64,000 nt of DNA, taken from the NCBI GenBank assembly GCA_965219385.1, contig CBDCNM010000002.1:2784936-2848935 (forward strand), in the 5' to 3' direction. The notes below the pieces were generated by a model. It saw nothing but the letters and a program-made list of their open reading frames with translations, had not been told where the DNA came from and made no database searches. This DNA is from Candidatus Latescibacterota bacterium. GTDB taxonomy: Bacteria; Latescibacterota; UBA2968; UBA8231. A program made the translations under genes and the position numbers. Below are positions 46,970-56,533 of this stretch, in pieces (position 1 is the stretch's first letter; every line of letters starts with the position of its first letter).

Positions 46970-48547
46970 ATGACAACCACAGGCATCCAAAAAACACTGT
47001 GGACCCTTCTCCTGCTCTGGCCCATCCACACCGCGGCCCAGGAAGCCGCGCGCGACACCACCATCGCCGGCCAGACCTATGCCCTCCTACCGATCGATAC
47101 CCTGATCGCGCAACTCCGCTCCGCCGAGCCTAGCGCTCGGCTCCACTATACCCGGACCGTCTTCAGTGGCCCTTTTTTCGCCCGGGCTGCCGGCATCGAT
47201 ACCATCCGAGTGGCCCTGGATTTTTCCGACGTTCGCTTCCTGGATGAGGTCTCCCTTGACCGGGTGGTTTTCCTGGAACCCGTGCGCCTGGCTCGCGCCC
47301 TCTTCGCGGAGGGCCTCTCCCTGATGGGCACCCGCTTCCTGGGCCCGCTGGACTTGAGTGCCGCCCACTTCCGCAAACAGGCCAGCTTCAAACAAGTTGA
47401 GCTTCTGGACAGGGCTGATTTCTCGGAGTGCAAATTCTACCAGGTCGGCTCCTTTATCGAGGCCCAATTCCACGGCCCGACCTCCTTCAGCCGGGTTCTG
47501 TTCAAGGATATCATCTACTTCGAAGGCGCCGATTTCTCCGGCCCCGTCGATTTCCAGGATACCTTTTGCGAAGGCATTGCCTCCTTCAAAGAAGCCGTAT
47601 GGCGACAGGCCGTCTCCTTTGGCGGAGCTCACCTCCGGGAGCGGGTGATGTTCTGGCAGGCCCGCTTTGACGGCGGGGCTGCCTTCGACGCGGCCTGGTT
47701 CGGCGACGAGGTCTCGTTCAGCCGGGCCCGTTTCGCCACCGGGGCCTCCTTTCACCACACCACCTTCGAGGGACCGGCCCACTTCGACCAGGCCGTCTTT
47801 CGCGCCCCGGCCTACTTTGTCGATAGCCGCTTTCAACAAGGCGCGGACTTCATCGGCGCTCGCTTCCACGCCGGCCTCTATCTCAATGCCTTCTTCAACA
47901 ATACCCTCGACCTGCGGCACATCCATACGCCCCTCCTGGACCTGCAGCCTCCCGCGGAAAAGCTACCGGCCATGCGCGCGGATTCCACCTTTGCCGACAC
48001 CACACGGATCTACTTGCAAGGAGCCCATTACCAGCAAATCCTGGTGCGCTTCTCCCAGTTGCAGGGCCGCCTGGCTACCCGGGATGTCACGCTGGAGGAC
48101 CTGGCACCGGTCTACGCTTCCCTGCGCCGCCACCTCCAGGCTCAGGGCCTGCACCGTGACGCCAGGGCCTGCCGGGTGGAATGGCTGGAACGCCGCCGCC
48201 ATACCCTGAACTGGACCGAAGGAGAAAAGTACTGGCTCCAGCTGTTGTGGCTGAGCAGCGGCTACCTCACCGACTTGTGGCACCTTGTGTGCCTTGCTTT
48301 TTTCCTTGTTCTGCTTTTCTCTGTGCTCTTCCGTCTCTGGCGTCCCTTCCTGCAATCCATCCACGATAAGAGCGCACCCTCGTTTGGGGATTGTTTGTAC
48401 CTCAGCGTGCAGATTTTTATCCACCTGGGACCGGGCTTCTGGCATGCCACGGGTCCTGCCCGTCTCCTGATCGTGGCCGCGGCCCTGCTCGGCTGGACCT
48501 GCTGGGCCCTCTTCATCGCCACCCTTTTCTCTTTGTGGTGGTCCTGA
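46970..48547 (+). CDS. Pentapeptide-repeat protein with a C-terminal ion-channel-like (TM-pore-TM) domain
   Basis: Signal-peptide-like N-terminus; [AV]xFxxAxF decamer repeats; TM, FGDCLYLSVQIFIHLGPG, TM. Confidence 0.78.
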   Translation: MTTTGIQKTLWTLLLLWPIHTAAQEAARDTTIAGQTYALLPIDTLIAQLRSAEPSARLHYTRTVFSGPFFARAAGIDTIRVALDFSDVRFLDEVSLDRVVFLEPVRLARALFAEGLSLMGTRFLGPLDLSAAHFRKQASFKQVELLDRADFSECKFYQVGSFIEAQFHGPTSFSRVLFKDIIYFEGADFSGPVDFQDTFCEGIASFKEAVWRQAVSFGGAHLRERVMFWQARFDGGAAFDAAWFGDEVSFSRARFATGASFHHTTFEGPAHFDQAVFRAPAYFVDSRFQQGADFIGARFHAGLYLNAFFNNTLDLRHIHTPLLDLQPPAEKLPAMRADSTFADTTRIYLQGAHYQQILVRFSQLQGRLATRDVTLEDLAPVYASLRRHLQAQGLHRDARACRVEWLERRRHTLNWTEGEKYWLQLLWLSSGYLTDLWHLVCLAFFLVLLFSVLFRLWRPFLQSIHDKSAPSFGDCLYLSVQIFIHLGPGFWHATGPARLLIVAAALLGWTCWALFIATLFSLWWS

Positions 48548-48550
48548 TCC

Positions 48551-50299
48551 ATGGTGCAACTCGCTCTGTTCATTGTTAGAAGCCGTCTTAAAACCTGGCA
48601 AAATGGGCGGCGTCTGGTTCTGGGCGGCATAAATAGTCCGTCGTTTTGCGCGTCACCGATTTACGGCTTGCTGACCCTCGCCCTCGCCTCCTTCCTCCAC
48701 GCCTGCGCCAGCGAGTCCCCCCCCGCGTCCGCGCCGGTCCACTACACCGAAGTCTCGGATGCCGCTGGCCTCGACTTCGTCCACTACAACGGCGCCCGGG
48801 GCGACTACTTCTACCCCGAAACCATGGGCTCGGGCGCCGCTTTTTTCGACTTCGACAACGACGGCTGGCAGGATATCTACCTGGTCAACGGCACCTACCT
48901 GACGGGCCTGCCCCCGGATCCTTTGCCGACCAACCGGCTCTACCGCAACACCGGGGATGGAAAATTCGTCGATAGAACCGCTGCTTCCGGCAGCGGCGAT
49001 ACGGGCTACGGCATGGGCTGCGCCGCCGCCGACTTCGACAACGACGGCGACCAGGACCTCTACATCACCAACCTCGGCGGCAATGTCCTCTACCGCAACC
49101 AGGGCCCGGGCCGCTTCGAGGACATCACCCGCCAGGCCGGCGTGGGGGATGAGCGCTGGGGCACCAGTAGCGGCTTTCTGGACTTTGACCTGGACGGCGA
49201 CCTGGACCTCTTCGTGGTCAACTACGTGGAGTACGCCCTGGACCAGGATCACGTCTGCAGACGAGGCCGGCTGCGCTCCTACTGTGCCCCGATTTACTAC
49301 CAGCCCATCGGCGATATCCTCTACCGCAACGACGGGGGGCGGTTCACCGACGTCACCCAGGAAGCCGGCATCACCCAGGTAGGCTGGGGCCTGGGCGTGG
49401 CCTTCTCGGACTTTGACCTGGACGGCGACACTGACGTGTACGTGGCCAACGACGGCTCCATGAACGCCCTGTACGAAAACCGCCGGGGCCACTTCGTCGA
49501 TGTCGGTCTCCAGGCCGGGGCGCGCTACAACGAAAACGGCCGCTCCGAGGCCGGCATGGGCGTGGACTTCGGCGACTTTGACAACGACGGTCACCAGGAC
49601 ATCTTTGTGACCAACTTCGCCCTGGAAACCAATACCCTCTATCGCAATACCGGCCAGGGCCGCTTCCGGGACGTCACCGCCCCTCTGGGGCTGGAAGAGC
49701 CCAGTTTCGTACCCCTGGGCTTTGGCACCCGCTTCCTGGACTTTGACAACGATGCGGACCTGGACCTGTTCGTGGCCAACGGCCACGTGGTGGACATTAT
49801 TTCCCAGACCGACTCCAGCCAAACCTACCTCCAGGCCAACCAGCTCTTCCGCAACGAGGCCGGCGCCCGTTTCGTGGAGGTATCGGCCCTTTCCGGTCCC
49901 AGCTTCGCGGTGGAGAACGTGGCGCGCGGCCTGGCCATGGCCGACTTTGACAACGACGGCGACCAGGACCTGCTGGTCACCACCGAGGCCGGCCGGCCCC
50001 GGCTCTTGCGCAACGACGGAGGCAACCGCAACCACTGGCTCCTCATCCACCTCAAAGGCGCCCACCAGCGCGATGCCCTGGGCGCCCGCGTCTCTGTCAC
50101 CGCCAATGGCACCCGTCAGATCAAGGAGCGCCAATCCGGCAGCAGCTACCTGTCCAGCCACGATCTCCGCCTCCACTTCGGCCTGGGCCAGGCTACCCAG
50201 GCGGATATAGAGATTCGCTGGCCCGAAGGCCAGATTCAGACCCTGTCCGGGGTGGAAGCCAACCAGATCCTGCACATCGTGCAGCAGCCGCCCCACTGA
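48551..50299 (+). CDS. CRTAC1-family lipoprotein (FG-GAP/VCBS plus ASPIC/UnbV)
   Basis: LHAC lipobox-like site; DFDNDG repeats; RDALGARV, LHFGLG, IRWPEG. Confidence 0.9.
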   Translation: MVQLALFIVRSRLKTWQNGRRLVLGGINSPSFCASPIYGLLTLALASFLHACASESPPASAPVHYTEVSDAAGLDFVHYNGARGDYFYPETMGSGAAFFDFDNDGWQDIYLVNGTYLTGLPPDPLPTNRLYRNTGDGKFVDRTAASGSGDTGYGMGCAAADFDNDGDQDLYITNLGGNVLYRNQGPGRFEDITRQAGVGDERWGTSSGFLDFDLDGDLDLFVVNYVEYALDQDHVCRRGRLRSYCAPIYYQPIGDILYRNDGGRFTDVTQEAGITQVGWGLGVAFSDFDLDGDTDVYVANDGSMNALYENRRGHFVDVGLQAGARYNENGRSEAGMGVDFGDFDNDGHQDIFVTNFALETNTLYRNTGQGRFRDVTAPLGLEEPSFVPLGFGTRFLDFDNDADLDLFVANGHVVDIISQTDSSQTYLQANQLFRNEAGARFVEVSALSGPSFAVENVARGLAMADFDNDGDQDLLVTTEAGRPRLLRNDGGNRNHWLLIHLKGAHQRDALGARVSVTANGTRQIKERQSGSSYLSSHDLRLHFGLGQATQADIEIRWPEGQIQTLSGVEANQILHIVQQPPH

Positions 50300-50405
50300 T
50301 CCAATGAGAGATCAGCGTAGAGTCATCAGCCGTGCAGGTTGGGCGAAGATGCCGAGGGTGCTCAGCTGGCGCTGTGCTCTGTCTAGACTTACAGCAACCT
50401 TCTTT

Positions 50406-51500
50406 TCAGCGCCAGGCATCAAACGGGTTTTCCGCTTCTGCCAGTGGAATCGAAACCCGCGCACCCGCCATGTGCGAGGCATGCGCGGCCATGGCCCACT
50501 CGAGATGGCGCCGGGCGGTTCGTCCATCGAGGAGCTCGAACTCAGGCTCCCGGCCATCGAGCACGTCGAGCATGGATCGGGCCATCCGGTGGTGCGCCTT
50601 GACCCACTTCTTATCGTCGGGCGGTGGTTCGGAGGGGATGACTTCCCAACGCTCATCGTTGAAGAGTCCCGGGCTGACCAGCGGGTGGTAGTAGATATCG
50701 GGCTGGTTGCTCATCGGGCCAGGCAGCGACAGGGTGCCCTCCGTACCGTGGATGTCGATCCGGTAAGGATGCTCCTTGTGGTCTCCTTCATAGGATTCAA
50801 AGTCGGCGGCAAAGCCAGCGTCGAATGCGTAATACGCCCGTATGCCGTTGCCGGCGACCAGGCCCATCCCTTCAACCCCTTCCTTGAGGTCCTGTGGCGT
50901 GACGTCCCGTCCATCCTGGGTGATGTGGGCATGGCACCACAGCGGTTGTCCCCAAACCTGACAGAGGAAATCGAAAAAGTGGGGGTAGAGGTCGAGGAAG
51001 AGTTGGTCGCCGCCGTGGTGTCCGTTCATGCCATAGATGCGCGCCAGGCGGGGTTGGCCGATCTTGCCGGCCTTGATGAGCGGGATGGCCACATGCTGAA
51101 TGGGCGGATGCCCCCGCCAGGGACACGCCACAATCAGCAGTTTGTCGCGCTGTTCGCACGCCGCGACCATCTGATCGACCTGGGCCGGTGAAGCGGCAAC
51201 CGGCTTCTCGAGGTAAATGTGGGTACCGGCTTCGGCGGCAACCATGGCCATCTCGAAGTGATCGCCGATCTCGCGGGTGGCGATCACCGCGATGTCCGGT
51301 CGCTCTGATTCGAGCATCTGTCGGTAGTCGGCGTACCCCTTCCTGGCGCCGGTATCTTCAAGGGCTTTCCGGCGCCCTTCGTCGTCCGGATCGGCGAGGG
51401 CGACGATCTCGGCACCTTCCACCCCGACGAAGGCCTGGTCGACAGAGTGACCGTAGTCTCCGCGGCCGGTATGCCCGATGATGACCACGCTTTTGCTCAT
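50406..51500 (-). CDS. Gfo/Idh/MocA family oxidoreductase
   Basis: IIGHTGRGDYGH, HIYLEKPVA, IHGTEG. Confidence 0.9.
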   Translation of the reverse strand: MSKSVVIIGHTGRGDYGHSVDQAFVGVEGAEIVALADPDDEGRRKALEDTGARKGYADYRQMLESERPDIAVIATREIGDHFEMAMVAAEAGTHIYLEKPVAASPAQVDQMVAACEQRDKLLIVACPWRGHPPIQHVAIPLIKAGKIGQPRLARIYGMNGHHGGDQLFLDLYPHFFDFLCQVWGQPLWCHAHITQDGRDVTPQDLKEGVEGMGLVAGNGIRAYYAFDAGFAADFESYEGDHKEHPYRIDIHGTEGTLSLPGPMSNQPDIYYHPLVSPGLFNDERWEVIPSEPPPDDKKWVKAHHRMARSMLDVLDGREPEFELLDGRTARRHLEWAMAAHASHMAGARVSIPLAEAENPFDAWR

Positions 51501-52522
51501 AATCTCTCCTTCAATTCGACTGTTTTACCACTGTGCATGGACTCGGATACGGCATCGAGGACTTTCATCTGAGCGATGCTGTACTCGGGCGCAATGCGGT
51601 GCGGTGCTCCCGTATCGAGGCAGGCGCACAAGTGCTCCAATTGCAAGCCAAACTGAAAGGTCGGTTCAAACTCGAACTGCTCCACGCCTTCTTGGGTGTG
51701 ATGCTCCAGCGCCACAGCCTGGTTCTCGTTGTTCCAGGCTTTTTCTATCCGCAACAGGCCGCCGTCGCCGGCCATCTCTACGTATTGCGAGCCCCAGGCG
51801 CCGAAGCTCACTGAAATCTGCGCCGCGCGGCCGCCCGAAAAGGCCAGCAATATGAAGGCCGCATCGTCTACCTCCACACCCGGCATCTGAGCGGCAAAAA
51901 CCCGCTCGGGTTCCTCGCCGAAGACAAAGCGCGCGTGGTGTATATTATAACACGCCAGGTCGTAGATCGAACCGCCGCCCTGGCTGCGGTTGAAGCGCCA
52001 GTTCAGATGGGGTTGCCGGCGTTCGAGGGCGATATTGGCACAAAAGGTGCCGCGCACATTCGACAACGCGCCGATACCACCTTGCTGAATGATTTCATGA
52101 GCTCGTAAATGCATGGGGTGATGGCGAAACTTAAATGCTTCGGCCACGAGCACGTCGTTTTCGCGTCCGGCGGAGACCAATGCTTCGGCTTCGGCTGCGT
52201 TCTGGGCAAAGGGTTTCTCGCACAGGATGGCCTTGACGCGCTTTGATTCGGCGAGCTGAATCCCGAGTTCAGCGTGATAGATGCCCCAGGTGCAAATAAC
52301 CGCGATGTCGATCTCTTCCTGAGCCAGCATGTCATCGAGGCTGGTGTATTGCCGGCTGACGTCGAACTGCTGGGTGAAGCGGTCGAGCGCTTCCGCTGAT
52401 ACATCGTAGACGGCGACGAGATCCGTGCGGTCGGTCAGCAGGCAAGCGGTTGCATGATGGCTTGCAATGCTTCCGGTTCCGATCAAAGCCGCTCGATATG
52501 TCTTTTTCGTTGCGTGGGTCAT
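51497..52522 (-). CDS. Gfo/Idh/MocA family oxidoreductase
   Basis: ALIGTGSIA, ILCEKPFA, AEAFKFRHHP, GGGSIYDLACY; ATG 52522 chosen as start. Confidence 0.9.
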   Translation of the reverse strand: MTHATKKTYRAALIGTGSIASHHATACLLTDRTDLVAVYDVSAEALDRFTQQFDVSRQYTSLDDMLAQEEIDIAVICTWGIYHAELGIQLAESKRVKAILCEKPFAQNAAEAEALVSAGRENDVLVAEAFKFRHHPMHLRAHEIIQQGGIGALSNVRGTFCANIALERRQPHLNWRFNRSQGGGSIYDLACYNIHHARFVFGEEPERVFAAQMPGVEVDDAAFILLAFSGGRAAQISVSFGAWGSQYVEMAGDGGLLRIEKAWNNENQAVALEHHTQEGVEQFEFEPTFQFGLQLEHLCACLDTGAPHRIAPEYSIAQMKVLDAVSESMHSGKTVELKERL

Positions 52523-52721
52523 TGCGTCAACGGAGACCAAAGGGCACCATCTTCCACTTGCCAAGAGTCGTCTCGACACACCTTCGAGAAGGATTCTAAA
52601 ATATATTATTATTCAGCACCCCGTCAAAATCTATGGATTGACCGCCGGGTGAAACGTGATATGTTATCTGCATGGCAATAAGATCGGCGTTTTATTTTTG
52701 CAAAAGAGGGTGATATGATAT

Positions 52722-53708
52722 ATGGATGAGCGGTATTTGGTGACAGGTGCGCTTGGTTGCGTGGGTGCATGGGCGGTTCGCCGGCTGGTCCGCGAGGGGG
52801 TGCCGGTGTGGACCTACGACCTGGGCGGCGACCCTTACCGGTTGAGGACGATCATGGCGGACGAAGCGCTGGATCAGGTGCGGTTGCTCGAGGGCGACAT
52901 CGCGGATCTGGGCGGGTTCGAGCAGGTCGTGGTCGACCGCGGTATTACTCATATCCTGCACCTGGCGGCCATGCAGGTGCCTCTGGTCCGGGCCGATCCA
53001 GTGCGCGGGGCCGAGGTGAACGTCGTGGGGACCACCGTCGTCTTCGAGACGGCCGCGCGGCATCGCAACCAGGTCCAGAACCTGGTCTTTGCAAGCTCGT
53101 TCGGGGTGTACGGCGAACCGGAAGCCTACCCGCCGGGGCCGCTCGCCCACGACGCTCCGTTGCTGCCTCCGACCCTCTACGGGGTGTTCAAGCAGTGCAA
53201 CGAGGGCACGGCTCAGGTCTACTGGCGGGAGCAGTCGGTCCACAGCATCGGTCTGCGCCCGTGCGTGGTGTACGGACCGGGTCGCGATCAGGGCTGGACC
53301 TCCACCCCCACCAAGGCCATGCTGGCCGCCGCGCTCGGTCGCGAGTACGAGATCACCTATGGCGGCACCCTCGTCTATCACCACGCCGATGATGTCGCCG
53401 CCGCCTTTATCGCCGCGGCCAGAACCAGGCTGGAAGGCGCCCCGGTCTACAATCTGGGGGGCAGCACGGTTTCCATGGCCCAGATCGTCGCTGCAATCGA
53501 GGAGGTCATCCCTGAGTCGGCGGGCAAGATTGGATTCGACCCGCCGCCGCTGCCGCATCCTTCGAGCGCCGCTGACAGCGCCCTGAACCAGGCCCTTGGG
53601 CCCCTCCAGTACCGGTCGCTGGTCCAGGGAGTCCGGGATACTGTAGAGGTCTTCCGCACTGCCCTGGAGGCCGGTCGCCTCGACCTTGAGCGGGCTCTAC
53701 GTACCTAG
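52722..53708 (+). CDS. NAD-dependent epimerase/dehydratase (extended SDR)
   Basis: LVTGALGCVG, HLAA, ASS, YGVFK (YxxxK), VYGPG. Confidence 0.92.
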   Translation: MDERYLVTGALGCVGAWAVRRLVREGVPVWTYDLGGDPYRLRTIMADEALDQVRLLEGDIADLGGFEQVVVDRGITHILHLAAMQVPLVRADPVRGAEVNVVGTTVVFETAARHRNQVQNLVFASSFGVYGEPEAYPPGPLAHDAPLLPPTLYGVFKQCNEGTAQVYWREQSVHSIGLRPCVVYGPGRDQGWTSTPTKAMLAAALGREYEITYGGTLVYHHADDVAAAFIAAARTRLEGAPVYNLGGSTVSMAQIVAAIEEVIPESAGKIGFDPPPLPHPSSAADSALNQALGPLQYRSLVQGVRDTVEVFRTALEAGRLDLERALRT

Positions 53709-53709
53709 C

Positions 53710-55338
<1,629 letters not shown>

Positions 55339-55477
55339 GTCAGGCTCCTTCAGCGCTTGATATTGCGTCCATGGTTCGTGCCGTATTCCAGGAGTACGAG
55401 TTCAGGTTCGCCTGTCCTCGGCATCCGCCCGCCTCCGCAACTGCCCGAGGCGGCGCCCCAGCTTCTCCACTTCTTCT

Positions 55478-55795
55478 TCAATCAACCTCAATTCGTCGTC
55501 GACGCTTATCTCGCCGTTCAGGGCCATTGTGCTTGCGCCACTCTTCGGCCTCGCGCTCGGCCTGGGCCTCGTCCATCGAGTTGATGATCACGCCGATGAA
55601 CAGATTCAGCATGATCACGGTGCCCGGCAGCACGAAGGACACGAAGTAGAGAGCCCCGCCGAGGACCGGCAGCCCCTTTGAGGCCTGGCGCAACGGGGCC
55701 AGGGCAAAATCCTGGTAGCCCGGGTAGGCATCGCTGCCGTACATCTGAATGTACATCACGTCGGTCCAATCCTCCAGGGGCACCACCCGGAACAT
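55478..55795 (-). pseudogene. C-terminal remnant of a bacterial voltage-gated Na/Ca channel (NaChBac-like)
   Basis: [14 protein letters not shown] (filter, cf. TLESW/TLEDW) and S6 YFVSFV...[13 protein letters not shown]1-S5 absent. Confidence 0.8.
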
Positions 55796-55828
55796 TAAGA
55801 AGCCGTCTTAAAATTCCGGGTGCACACC

Positions 55829-56533
55829 TCATGCGAACCGCTCCCGCTGCTGCAGGCGCAGCAATCCGAATAGCGTCGCCAGCACGGCCCCGACCAGCAG
55901 GTATGCCCGGTTGTAGAACGTCGTCGCTTGCTGGACGATGGATTCGTAGGCTTCCACCTGCGCGAAGGGATTGTGGTACAGGTTCCAGCGGCTGCCCTCC
56001 AGAGGCTCCGTCAGCATCCAGAAAAACAAGCCCAGGACCAGCAACAGAGCGGCGGTGCCGTTGCCGCTGCGGATTAGCGTCGCCAGCATGAAGCCCAGGC
56101 TGCTCAGGAAGGAGATGGGAAACATTAGATGGAAGACCATGGACCACACCGAGAAGTCGGCCAGGGCCATCCTGCACAGGGCCGCCAGCAGCAGCAACAT
56201 AGCGGCGATCACCAGCTGCTGCACGCCGTGGCGGGCCAGCCACACTTTGTAGCGGTAGTCGGGAATAGCGAAAAGCGTCTCCAGCATGCGACCGTCCACA
56301 TCGCTCTGCACACAGTAAGCCGACGGGTAGAACATCAGCAGCACCCCCGGCACCAGCAGGAAGTAGTAGACTAGGGCCGCGCTCGGTGGCACCTCTTCCT
56401 GGGCCGTGTGCACGACGACTACGGTGCAGAAGATGAGCAGCGCCAGCAGCAGGAAGTAGATGAACTTGCCGGCGAACACCTGGCTGGCACTATAGCGCGC
56501 GAAGGCGGCCATACTCCGGAACCGGGCCAGCAT
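55829..56533 (-). CDS. ABC-2-type permease-like membrane protein
   Basis: ~6 TM segments; DVDGRMLETLFAIP resembles the ExExGTLExL..P coupling motif; start overlaps the upstream stop. Confidence 0.65.
   Translation of the reverse strand: MLARFRSMAAFARYSASQVFAGKFIYFLLLALLIFCTVVVVHTAQEEVPPSAALVYYFLLVPGVLLMFYPSAYCVQSDVDGRMLETLFAIPDYRYKVWLARHGVQQLVIAAMLLLLAALCRMALADFSVWSMVFHLMFPISFLSSLGFMLATLIRSGNGTAALLLVLGLFFWMLTEPLEGSRWNLYHNPFAQVEAYESIVQQATTFYNRAYLLVGAVLATLFGLLRLQQRERFA

Noticed and set aside
52597..52665. Divergent sigma70-like promoters (TTGACG/TATATT on minus, TTGACC/TATGTT on plus)
   Set aside because: Plausible, but 16-bp spacers and weak -10 boxes give too little support to list as features
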